The position numbers and the translations under genes are program-made. Source: Nocardioides sp. (GTDB lineage Bacteria; Actinomycetota; Actinomycetes; Propionibacteriales; Nocardioidaceae). Taken from it: a stretch of DNA of 46,329 bases. Of the stretch, positions 1 through 8,886 are shown piece after piece; position 1 is the stretch's first letter, and every line of letters starts with the position of its first letter. The DNA lies in the NCBI RefSeq assembly GCF_034670285.1, contig NZ_JAXMNS010000001.1:1-46329 (forward strand), given 5' to 3'. The notes beneath the pieces are model-generated. The model did no database searches and was not told the DNA's origin. It saw only the letters and a program-made list of their open reading frames with translations.

Positions 1-1
1 A

Positions 2-136
2 CTCGACCGCTCGCTGCAGGCCTGGGTGACCGACTACAACAACGAGCGCCCGAACAACGGTGACTACATGGCCGGCCGTACGCCATTGCAGGTCAAGAAG
101 GAACTCAAGCGCCGAATCCGCCAGACTGTCGCCTGA
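2..136 (+). CDS. C-terminal end of an IS481-family-like transposase (5' part outside the window)
   Basis: Frame from position 2 reads LDRSLQAWVTDYNNERPNNGDYMAGRTPLQVKKELKRRIRQTVA*. The YNxxRP...GxTP motif is typical of the end of IS481/IS3-type integrase cores. Not in the ORF track because there is no start codon. The IS right end is probably near 168-194. Confidence 0.7.
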   Translation, partial: LDRSLQAWVTDYNNERPNNGDYMAGRTPLQVKKELKRRIRQTVA

Positions 137-198
137 CCATCCGGTCAACAGTCCAAAGACATCGAACTGTCACCCCGACGCGTGCTCCGAAAGGCCCA

Positions 199-384
199 GC
201 CGACCAGATCGAAGGTGTCGCCGGCGAGCTCTCACCATTTGAGGAACTGCACGGCTTCAGCATCGATGGCGTCGACCTGAAGACGGCGATCCTCCCCGAC
301 GGCTGGCGCAACCGACTGGTCAAGGTGCAGAACGCAAACACCGCGGCGGCAGGCGGCGAACCGCGCTTCGCAGGCTGGTGTCTG
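199..384 (+). pseudogene. Internal fragment of a DUF6036-like putative nucleotidyltransferase gene
   Basis: Reads ADQIEGVAGELSPFEELHGFSIDGVDLKTAILPDGWRNRLVKVQNANT...GWCL, recognised as the middle of this family. No start codon; it begins right after the IS end and the similarity stops after GWCL. Confidence 0.55.
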
Positions 385-670
385 CAATGGACTCGTCCCC
401 TTCCGGCCATCCTTGACGGCAGACGCCACCGGATGGGACGTGGCATCAGACAAGGCAGATCCTGCCCGCCCCAGCGCTGGGGTGCAGGGACACCTTTGGG
501 TCAGCGGCTTGTCCGATACGGACATGGCGAATCAGGTGAACAGTGTGGGCACAATCTGGCGCGGCGGCATGCCTTCCATCGGGGCCGGGAAAGCTAAGCG
601 CTTGCGCCCTTCTACCCGGACGACCGTGGTCCGCGAGGTCGTAGGTGGCGCCCCGTACCCGAGCGACAAC

Positions 671-1309
671 TCAGGTGCGCGCAGCGGACAAATTCTCGGC
701 GGGAAGCCCCAGGTATCTCCGACCCACTTCGGTGATCTTGTGGGAAGTGTCGCTACGGGACCCGGTGGGGAGCGCGAGGTGGCTGACAGTGAGGCGTACC
801 AGGGCGTCAGCCGCGTCGAAGACCTCCTGTACGTCGAGGTCCGGGAAGTTGGACGTCACCCAGCGCGCAAGCGATCTAGTCGCCAGATCGAGCGACCGCG
901 CCGATGTGGTGAGGAGGGGAAGCATGCCCGTCGCGGACTGGGAAGTCGGGTCGCCGTTGGCGATCAGCACCGCTCGGAGAAGGGGACTGCGCTCCGCCTC
1001 TTCCAGGGTGTAGTCGACGGCAGCCGCCAAACCCCGAGACACATCGGAGCGAAAACACTCCAGCACCCCCTCGATCCCGTCGACGAAGCGCACCGCTTCC
1101 CTCAGAACCACGGCCTCCCCCAGGCCAGGCTTGTCCTTGAACTCCTTGTAGAGCAACGCCCGCGAGACGCCGACAGTATCTGCGATCTCCCCCATGCGGA
1201 CCCGGTCCCAGCCACGCTCAACGATCATGTCGTGTGCCGTCTCGAGGACGGCGGCGCGGACATGGTCGCGGTAACGCTCCCGCATCGACTGACGTGGCAC
1301 GACGGACAC
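671..1309 (-). CDS. TetR-family regulator, resembles the AlkX/Rv3249c type
   Basis: N-terminal HTH GWDRVRMGEIADTVGVSRALLYKEF; 212 aa; divergent from the 1425 gene. Confidence 0.85.
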   Translation of the reverse strand: MSVVPRQSMRERYRDHVRAAVLETAHDMIVERGWDRVRMGEIADTVGVSRALLYKEFKDKPGLGEAVVLREAVRFVDGIEGVLECFRSDVSRGLAAAVDYTLEEAERSPLLRAVLIANGDPTSQSATGMLPLLTTSARSLDLATRSLARWVTSNFPDLDVQEVFDAADALVRLTVSHLALPTGSRSDTSHKITEVGRRYLGLPAENLSAART

Positions 1310-1325
1310 ACTAGGCCATTTCTGT

Positions 1326-1410
1326 TGACAACGAGACGCGTGTCACGTCCCACGCATGGGTGACATGCTCATCAATCCGGTCTAAGTTTCGACAATCGTA
1401 TCTATTTGTT
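1326..1410. promoter_or_regulatory. Divergent promoter region with candidate TetR operators
   Basis: TGACA-N10-TGTCA (1326-1345), TGTCAC...GTGACA (1341-1365) and GACAA-N10-TTGTT (1391-1410) in an AT-richer intergenic stretch. Confidence 0.4.
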
Positions 1411-1424
1411 CATAGGAATGAGCC

Positions 1425-2501
1425 ATGGTCAGCCACGACGATTCTCACGTGATCACCTACCCTCATCGGCTCGGGGGGCACTGCGGTTCGGGTGCGATGC
1501 GGGACCTGCTTGAGTGGGCGGGCCTGGGCTGGGACGGGCCCCCAAGCGAAGGCCTCGTCTTCGCGCTGAGCGGGTCCTTGGACCTTTCCTACGTCCGCGA
1601 CGCCCAACTCCTGCCGCCGATCTACTTGGTTGGTCGTGGAGGCGAATTGGAGACCGACCTGCCGAAGCGGCTCGGTGCCGAGGTCACCGTCCGCGCCACC
1701 GATGCCCCCCAAGAGGGGTGGGCGTGGGTGCAGGAATCCGTAAAGCGCGGCCGACCGGCCCTGGTCTGGGCCGACATCGCCGAGCTGCCCTACCTGCGCG
1801 TTCGCCTGCAGATGAGCCGCCACGACATCGTCGTGATCGGCTACGACGACGAGCAGCAACTCGCCCACGTCGTCGACAACGACCGCGAGGCAGTCCAGCT
1901 CGTGCCCTACGACGCGCTCGCCAAGGCACGGTCATCGCAGGGCTTCCCGGTGCCGACTCGACACACCTTCTTTGACATCGAGTGGCCTCAGACGCTGCCG
2001 GACCTGGAGCCCCTCAGCCACGCAGCTTTTGCCCAGGCCTCGGCCGCCATGACCATGTCGAGCGGGCCATCAATCATCCCCGACAACGACACCGCCGCCG
2101 GGGCCACCGGCCTCGCCGCCGTCGATCTCTTCGCCGAGGACTTGGCCCGTTGGCCTGATGTGTTCCCCGAGGAAGTGCTCCACCTGGTCCTCCTAGGGCT
2201 GAGCGCCTTCGTCGAGAAGGCCGGGACTGGCGGCGGCCTGTTCCGCAGGCTGCTTGCCAGTGGCGCTCGCGACATCGCGCGCCTGACGGAGAACGAACAC
2301 GCCGACCACGTCGCCCTCGCCGCTCACGCCAGCGCCGAGGCCTGGTCGGAGGTCGCCTCCCTGGCCCGTCGGGAGGGGGCACCGGCTGGACGTGCTGAAG
2401 CTGCTGCCAGGGCCGCCGCCGCACTTCCCTCGCTCGAGCGCGAGCTGGTCCAAGCGCTTGGTCGCGCCGGAACAGCCCAGGACGCCAGGGTCGGCGCCTG
2501 A
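1425..2501 (+). CDS. BtrH N-terminal-domain / DUF4872 protein (papain-like fold, putative acyltransferase or hydrolase)
   Basis: GGHCGSGAMRDLL (Cys), SRHDIVVIGYDD (His), VVDND (Asp); C-terminal EKAGTGGGLFRRL motif; stop overlaps the next start (TGATG). Confidence 0.75.
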   Translation: MVSHDDSHVITYPHRLGGHCGSGAMRDLLEWAGLGWDGPPSEGLVFALSGSLDLSYVRDAQLLPPIYLVGRGGELETDLPKRLGAEVTVRATDAPQEGWAWVQESVKRGRPALVWADIAELPYLRVRLQMSRHDIVVIGYDDEQQLAHVVDNDREAVQLVPYDALAKARSSQGFPVPTRHTFFDIEWPQTLPDLEPLSHAAFAQASAAMTMSSGPSIIPDNDTAAGATGLAAVDLFAEDLARWPDVFPEEVLHLVLLGLSAFVEKAGTGGGLFRRLLASGARDIARLTENEHADHVALAAHASAEAWSEVASLARREGAPAGRAEAAARAAAALPSLERELVQALGRAGTAQDARVGA

Positions 2502-3172
2502 TGGCCGACCACGCAACCCCGCGCGAGGCCCTGGCTCCGGGACAGTTCGTGGACAGCGACCATCCCGCCATCCGCGACTTCGCCTCGACCGTCACCTTCG
2601 GCGCCCGGGACCCCCGCGAGCAGATCCAACTCCTGTTCACCGAGGTACGAGATCGCCTCCGATACGACCCGTACAGCGTCACGTCCGACCGCGACGACTA
2701 CCGCGCCAGCGCCATCTTGGACGGCGGCCCGACATGGTGTGTTCCGAAGGCGATCCTTCTCACCGCCAGCCTCCGAGCCATCGGCGTCCCCGCCGTGCTC
2801 GGCTTCTCGGACGTGCGCAACCACCTCAACAGCAAAGCCCTCCTGGCTCTCATGGGCACGGACCTCTTCGTCTACCACGGGTGGTGCGGGGTATACGTCG
2901 ACGGTCAGTGGCGCAAAGCCTCCCCTGCCTTCAACTCCGAACTGTGCCAGCGGTTCGGCGTCCCACCGTTGGAGTTCGACGGCACGCAGGATGCGCTACT
3001 CCACGCCAACGACGGAGCTGGGCAACGCCACATGGAGTACGTCCGTGAGCGGGGGATGTGCCTCGACCTCCCGTTTGAGCAGATGATGAACACCCTCCTC
3101 GATACCTACGGGCCAACAATGATGACTAGCGCCGACAGACAGCGCACGCCAGACGCAACCTTCGGCCACTGA
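2501..3172 (+). CDS. Transglutaminase-like (papain-fold) protein
   Basis: VRDRLRYDPY, WCVPKAILLTASLRAIGVPA, YHGW..VYVDGQWRKASPAF; translationally coupled to the upstream gene. Confidence 0.85.
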   Translation: MADHATPREALAPGQFVDSDHPAIRDFASTVTFGARDPREQIQLLFTEVRDRLRYDPYSVTSDRDDYRASAILDGGPTWCVPKAILLTASLRAIGVPAVLGFSDVRNHLNSKALLALMGTDLFVYHGWCGVYVDGQWRKASPAFNSELCQRFGVPPLEFDGTQDALLHANDGAGQRHMEYVRERGMCLDLPFEQMMNTLLDTYGPTMMTSADRQRTPDATFGH

Positions 3173-3393
3173 GCACGCGTCGAAGCACAGAGACCACGCG
3201 CGCAGGGGTTTCCACGCAGCGGGGTGCCACTCGAGCCAGCCCCTGAATACACCACGCCCATGGTCTCCACGAGCACCGGTGCGGGCACCTCGGAAGGCAA
3301 GTGGTGAACACAGAATCAACATTCTTACGGCCGGTGAACAAACGAACTTTGTGTCTCTCAGTCAAGCCCGACCGAACTACGAGGAGCCCATCC

Positions 3394-3963
3394 ATGAGTG
3401 ACTCTTTCCAGCACATCGACGGCGTGGTCGAGCAGGGCGTCGCGGGCTCCGGGGCCGAGCCCGGGGCCGAGGCAACGACGTTGGAGACCTGGATACGTGG
3501 AATGTCCGGTGCCGCAGAGTCCACACGGGGTCGCCTTCCCTCCCACTCCCCCACCTGTGCCGGGTGTGGACCGGAAAATCCCGCGAGCTTGGCGTTGCAA
3601 GTCGATGCCACCGAGGGGGGCGTGCGCTCAGTGCATCGTTTCGACCCCCGACAGGAAGGCGCGCCGGGGATCGCCCACGGCGGCATGGTGGCAGCGGTGT
3701 TCGACGACCTCTTCGGCTTTCTGCTCTATCGCGTGGGAGAGCTCGCGGTGACTCGATCCTTGTCAGTGGAGTACCTCCGCCCGATCCTGCTCGAGACCGA
3801 CTACGAGTTCACGGCTCGTGTTCGAGAGCGGGCGGGACGACGCATCGAGGTGAACGCGGAAGCATCCAGTCTGGACGGCGACAAGCTCGCGACCGCGCAT
3901 GCGACCTTCATCATCGTCAGCCACGAGCACTTCGAGCAAGGTGTGGACCGGACTCAAAACTGA
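3394..3963 (+). CDS. PaaI/hotdog-fold thioesterase
   Basis: CAGCGPENPASL and EGAPGIAHGGMVAAVFDD motifs; ATG at 3394 follows GAGGAG (3381-3386), preferred over the 3301 start. Confidence 0.85.
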   Translation: MSDSFQHIDGVVEQGVAGSGAEPGAEATTLETWIRGMSGAAESTRGRLPSHSPTCAGCGPENPASLALQVDATEGGVRSVHRFDPRQEGAPGIAHGGMVAAVFDDLFGFLLYRVGELAVTRSLSVEYLRPILLETDYEFTARVRERAGRRIEVNAEASSLDGDKLATAHATFIIVSHEHFEQGVDRTQN

Positions 3964-4171
3964 TGTCTCACTCGGGGACGAACGGCTCGAGCTCGACCAC
4001 GGGATCAAGAACGATGCCGCGGCGAGTCACCGCGTCTTGGAGCACGAACATGACGTGACAGCCGCTCGGCCACGACCTCCATCGACTCGTCGGGCGCTGA
4101 TCCAGCCACCAGATGACGGCGGCGACCAGCATGCCCATCACACAGACCCAGATGCCTTGCGGGAAGCTTGC

Positions 4172-4268
4172 GTGAACGATTACCCGCATCGGTCGCGTGT
4201 GGGCCGACCTGTGTGTGTCCCAGATCTACGCGGGCAGCTCGGACATCGTGAAGCCGTTCGTTGCGAGC
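4172..4268 (+). pseudogene. Degraded C-terminal remnant of an acyl-CoA dehydrogenase gene
   Basis: VNDYP (+1 nt at 4187) IGRVWADLCVSQIYAGSSDIVKPFVAS resembles the ACAD C-terminal pattern GYxxEYPIARxWxDARVxxIYxGTSEIMK. Confidence 0.55.
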
Positions 4269-4636
4269 CCGCACTCCCGAACCACGAACCTCGGCCGACC
4301 GGCACCATCCGGGCGACTCCGGCGTCGCAGCGTCGGAACTTGTGCGCGGGTCCGGGCGTGGTTGCCGAGAATTGAGCATGCGCACAAGACGGGAGGTTAC
4401 CGAATGTGGGACCTTGCCTCATCGCCGCAGGACGGGAGTAGCTGCGACCGACTGCGTGTCGACATCGCTGAAACGGCCCGAGTCCGTCCTGGCGCTGATC
4501 CCAACCGAATCGCCATCCCTCGCGCGACTCCACGTCGCAGTCGCACACCTCTCGGGGCGACCAAGATCCGGAGAGCGGGCACAACAACGGACACACCCCC
4601 CCATCACCGACACAATCCGCTCGAGAGGACCCACCC

Positions 4637-6346
4637 ATGAGTTCGAATCACTACGACGTCCTCATTATCGGCTCAGGCTTCGGGGGCTCGGTCACTGCGA
4701 TGCGCCTTGCAGAGAAGGGGTACCGCGTGGGGGTGTTGGAGGCCGGCAAGAGATACACCACCGACGAACTCCCGGCCACGTCCTGGGACGCTCGACGTTT
4801 CGTCTGGGCACCGAAACTCGGCTGCTACGGCATCCAGCGCATCCACCTGCTCCGTGACGTCGTCATCCTCGCCGGAGCCGGCGTGGGCGGGGGCTCACTC
4901 AATTATGCCAACACCCTGTACCAGCCGCCCGCGCCCTTCTTCAACGACCCTCAGTGGGCCCACATCACCGACTGGCGCGCAGAGCTCGACCCTCACTACC
5001 AGACGGCACGCTGGATGCTCGGCGTCGTCGAGAACCCCCACATGACACCGTCGGACGAGGTGCTGCTGGACGTCGCCAGGGACATGGGGGTCGGACACAG
5101 CTTCACCTTGACACCGGTCGGGGTCTTCTTCGGTGAGCCCGGCAAGGAGGTCGACGACCCGTACTTCGGAGGCGCAGGGCCACGCCGTACGGGCTGCACC
5201 CAGTGTGGGTCGTGCATGACCGGGTGCCGGGTCGGCGCGAAAAACACCTTGGACAAGAACTACTTGTACTTCGCCGAGAAACTCGGCGCAGAGGTGCACC
5301 CGCTGACCACGGTCGTCGATGTACGCCCGCGACGTGGCGGCGGCTACTTCGCCGACACTGTGCGCACGGGCAAATCCGCCCGCCGTCGCACGAACCGAGA
5401 GACGTTCACGGCCGAACACGTGATCTTCGCAGCCGGGACCTACAACACTCAAAAGATGCTGCACCGCTTCAAGTCAACTGGGTCGCTCGCCCACATCTCC
5501 GATCGACTCGGCATGCTCACTCGCACGAATTCCGAAGCGATTCTCGGCGCGAAATCCCGCAATCGGTCGAGCGACTACACCCGGGGTGTCGCCATCACCT
5601 CCTCGATCCATCCCGACGAGTTCACCCACATCGAGCCCGTTCGCTACGGCAAGGGCAGCAACGCCATGTCACTGCTTCAGACCGCCCTCACCGACGGTGA
5701 TGGCCCCGGGCCCCGTTGGTGGCGATGGTTGAGGACGATCGCGACCGACCCCTCGCACCTGACATGGTTCAGCCCGCGGCGTTGGTCGGAAAGGACCGTC
5801 ATTCTGCTGGTCATGCAGACTCTCGACAACTCGATCACGGTTCGGACGAAGAGGAATCTGTTCGGCCGGCCCACCATCACCTCCGGACCCGGCCACGGGG
5901 CACCAAACCCGACGTGGATCCCCGTGGGCAACGAGGTCACTCATCGCGTCGCCGAGAAGATCGACGGCGTCGCGGGCGGATCCACCGGCGAGATTGCCAA
6001 CATCCCGATGACCGCGCACTTCATCGGCGGCTGCATCATCGGCGACTCCCCCGAGACGGGGGTGATCGATCCCTACCACCGCCTGTACGGCCATGACGGG
6101 ATCTACGTCGTCGACGGCTCGAGCATCTCGGCCAACCTGGGGGTCAACCCGTCGCTGACGATCACCGCCCAGGCCGAACGTGCCGCCTCGCTGTGGCCGA
6201 ACAAGGGCGATCTTGACGAGCGCCCGCTACTCGGAGCCGCCTATGAACGACAGGCCCCCATCGCCCCGGCGAATCCTGCGGTTGTCCTGCCGAGCGACGG
6301 CACGACACCTGCAGGGCATCGGGGCCCCGACACGGACTGGGAGTGA
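4637..6346 (+). CDS. choD: GMC oxidoreductase, ChoD/Rv3409c-like ('cholesterol oxidase' family)
   Basis: DVLIIGSGFGGSV FAD motif, GAGVGGGSLNYAN, CTQCGSCMTGC, TAHFIGGC, GVNPSLTITAQAER; RBS GAGGA upstream. Confidence 0.85.
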   Translation: MSSNHYDVLIIGSGFGGSVTAMRLAEKGYRVGVLEAGKRYTTDELPATSWDARRFVWAPKLGCYGIQRIHLLRDVVILAGAGVGGGSLNYANTLYQPPAPFFNDPQWAHITDWRAELDPHYQTARWMLGVVENPHMTPSDEVLLDVARDMGVGHSFTLTPVGVFFGEPGKEVDDPYFGGAGPRRTGCTQCGSCMTGCRVGAKNTLDKNYLYFAEKLGAEVHPLTTVVDVRPRRGGGYFADTVRTGKSARRRTNRETFTAEHVIFAAGTYNTQKMLHRFKSTGSLAHISDRLGMLTRTNSEAILGAKSRNRSSDYTRGVAITSSIHPDEFTHIEPVRYGKGSNAMSLLQTALTDGDGPGPRWWRWLRTIATDPSHLTWFSPRRWSERTVILLVMQTLDNSITVRTKRNLFGRPTITSGPGHGAPNPTWIPVGNEVTHRVAEKIDGVAGGSTGEIANIPMTAHFIGGCIIGDSPETGVIDPYHRLYGHDGIYVVDGSSISANLGVNPSLTITAQAERAASLWPNKGDLDERPLLGAAYERQAPIAPANPAVVLPSDGTTPAGHRGPDTDWE

Positions 6347-6435
6347 CCTTGGACCGCTGCGATCACCTGTGTGCTCGCAGCGGTCCACTTGCTCGTCAGC
6401 GTCCAGGGCAGCGTCTGAACCTACCCATGCGCAGC

Positions 6436-7263
6436 TCAGCTTCTGCTGACCCGCTCTAGGTAAGCCTGGCGGGCAGCGTGGTCGACCCGGTCGAGGAAGA
6501 CCGTGTCGGTCCCGAGGAACGCGCCGAGCGGGGTTGCGAGCCGCTCGGGCACGAACTTCATGGCCGCGACCATGGAGCCCGCCACGCGTGTCACGCGCAC
6601 GAACGGCTGTGGTCGCTCGATGAGCGCCGCTGTCGCGCGCGCGATCTCCTCGGGCTCCGCGTTCCGCATGGCTTTGGCTCCACTCGTCCCGGCCACTAGT
6701 TCGGTGTTGGTGAAGGTCGGGCGCACCGTGGACAGGGTGACACCCGACTTGCGGTACTCCAGCCTGGCGGCCTCGGTGAAACCGATGACGGCGAACTTGG
6801 TGCCGCAGTAGGTCGCCAGACCCGGGACGGGGAGCTCGCCTGCGAGCGAGGCCGTGTTGATGATGTGCCCCTGGCGGCGCGGCAGCATCCGCTGCAGTGC
6901 GAGCTTGGTGCCGAAGATGACACCCAAGATGTTGATCTCCACCTGACGCCGGGTGACGTCATCGGCTTCTTCGTGAGTATGTCCGGTCGGCATCACTCCG
7001 GCGTTGTTGATGAGGACGTCGATGGCGCCGAGCGTTCCCTCGGTGACGTCAAGGAAGGAGGCGATCGACTCCGGGTCGGTGACATCCAGCCGAACGGCCA
7101 CCTCGACCCCGAGGTCCTCGGCGGCAGACTTGAGTTGCACCTCGTCGATGTCGCCGATCGCGACGCGGTGACCACGCCTGATGAGCTCCCTTGCTGTGTG
7201 GTAGCCGATCCCTCGAGCGCCGCCGGTGATGGCGACGACCCGTGATCCAGTGGTTGTCTTCAT
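6436..7263 (-). CDS. Short-chain dehydrogenase/reductase
   Basis: TGGARGIG, NNAG and YCGTK catalytic motifs. Confidence 0.92.
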   Translation of the reverse strand: MKTTTGSRVVAITGGARGIGYHTARELIRRGHRVAIGDIDEVQLKSAAEDLGVEVAVRLDVTDPESIASFLDVTEGTLGAIDVLINNAGVMPTGHTHEEADDVTRRQVEINILGVIFGTKLALQRMLPRRQGHIINTASLAGELPVPGLATYCGTKFAVIGFTEAARLEYRKSGVTLSTVRPTFTNTELVAGTSGAKAMRNAEPEEIARATAALIERPQPFVRVTRVAGSMVAAMKFVPERLATPLGAFLGTDTVFLDRVDHAARQAYLERVSRS

Positions 7264-7276
7264 GGTGCCTTTCCTT

Positions 7277-8785
7277 TCAGAGGCCGAGCCGCTGTCGCAG
7301 GCTGCGGCCGGCAGCCAAGCGCAGCGCGCGGCTGGCGATGGCCGTACGCCGGGCGGAGTACGGGTACCAGGTGAGTTCTTTGGTGGTCAGCGCGATTCGC
7401 GGCTCGGTGATGGCCTGCACGCGGCAGTACTTTCGCAAACCCTGTGCTCCACCTAGCCGTGCACCGAGACCAGAGGACTTCCAGCCGCTGTGCGGCAGCC
7501 CGACCGCGAACAGGTTGCTGAAGACGTCGTTGACATTGACTGCCCCCACGTCGAGCCGGTCGGCAATTCGCCGTCCGCGTGCAACGTCCCGTGTCCACAC
7601 CGTCGCTGAAAGGCCGTACTCGGAGTCGTTCGCCAGGCGCACCGCCTCCTCCTCGTTGGCTACCTTCATAACCGGCAGCGTGGGACCGAAGGTCTCCTCG
7701 GTCATGCACGCCATGCGGTGGTCGACGTCGACGAGCAGAGTCGGAGGGTAGAAGTGCCCCTTCGAGTCGCTGGCACCACCGACCAACACACGGGCCCCCG
7801 ACTTCCGGGCATCCTCTACGTGCCGCTCCACGGTCTCCACCTGCTCCCGGGTGACCATGGCCCCCACGTCATCGCGAGACCCGGAGCCTTGCTTGAGCGA
7901 TCCGAGCGCGGCCGCCACCTTCTCCACGAACTGGTCGTAGACCTCCTCGGCCACGTAGACCCGCTCGACGGAGATGCACACCTGGCCGGAGTTGAACATG
8001 CCGCCCCAGACGATTCCGTGCGCAGCGCGGTCCAGATCCGCGTCCTCAAGCACGATCGCGGCATCCTTACCGCCCAACTCCAGGCTGACCGGTTTGAGAA
8101 GTTCCGCGCAGCGCGTGGCCACCCTGCGCCCCGTCGCCGTGGATCCGGTGAACTGCACGAAGTCGACGGCCTCGACCACTGCTGCTCCCGTTTCCCCTGC
8201 GCCCGCAACATGAGCGATCACGGGCGGCGCACCGATCTCGTGCCAGCCCTCGATGACACGAGCGCAGGTCAGCGGCGTCAACTCCGAAGACTTCGTCAGC
8301 ACGGCACAGCCTGCGGCCAGCGCCGGTGCGGCATCCATGAGGAAGAGGGTGATGGGAAAGTTCCACGGGATAATGAGTCCCACCACGGGGTAGGGCCGGA
8401 AGGTACGGGTCAGCCGCTTGGGCAGGCTGAGCAACCCGCCCGCCGCGACCCTCTCAGGGGCGAGGAACTTCTTCGCCTGATCGGCGTAGTAGGAGATGAA
8501 CTCACACGAGGCCGTCGTCTCGACCAGCGCGTCGGGCCGGACCTTGCCTGTCTCTGCGACAAGCAGATCCGTTAGCTCGTCGGTGTGCTCAAGAATCCAC
8601 GTTCGCCAGCGGCGCAGCCACATCGCTCGCGCCGAAGGACCCATGCTCTGCCATTCAGCCTGCGCAGACCGGAGCCCGTCAGCGACCGTGTGTACGTGAG
8701 CGGCGTCCGCGACTGGCACCAAGCGGATGGCCCTCCCATCCGCGGGCCGGCGAATGTCAAGTGCGGAAGCGGACGATGCGTTCAT
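7277..8785 (-). CDS. Aldehyde dehydrogenase (502 aa)
   Basis: PWNFP, FTGSTATG, LELGGKD, GQVCISVER and EETFGP motifs. Start reassigned to ATG 8785; the longer ORF-track version overlaps mceG. Confidence 0.92.
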   Translation of the reverse strand: MNASSASALDIRRPADGRAIRLVPVADAAHVHTVADGLRSAQAEWQSMGPSARAMWLRRWRTWILEHTDELTDLLVAETGKVRPDALVETTASCEFISYYADQAKKFLAPERVAAGGLLSLPKRLTRTFRPYPVVGLIIPWNFPITLFLMDAAPALAAGCAVLTKSSELTPLTCARVIEGWHEIGAPPVIAHVAGAGETGAAVVEAVDFVQFTGSTATGRRVATRCAELLKPVSLELGGKDAAIVLEDADLDRAAHGIVWGGMFNSGQVCISVERVYVAEEVYDQFVEKVAAALGSLKQGSGSRDDVGAMVTREQVETVERHVEDARKSGARVLVGGASDSKGHFYPPTLLVDVDHRMACMTEETFGPTLPVMKVANEEEAVRLANDSEYGLSATVWTRDVARGRRIADRLDVGAVNVNDVFSNLFAVGLPHSGWKSSGLGARLGGAQGLRKYCRVQAITEPRIALTTKELTWYPYSARRTAIASRALRLAAGRSLRQRLGL

Positions 8786-8886
8786 GAGAGTTCCTATCGA
8801 GGTGCGCTGAGGGATGGAGCGGAGCAACGAGTCGAGCACCGGTCGAGCGTCGTCGACCAGGAGTGGCCGACTCAGGGTGCGTGCGA

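Noticed and set aside
3964-4636. Short ORFs between the thioesterase and choD
   Set aside because: Mutually overlapping and without convincing RBS or motifs; better explained as decayed DNA plus a promoter.
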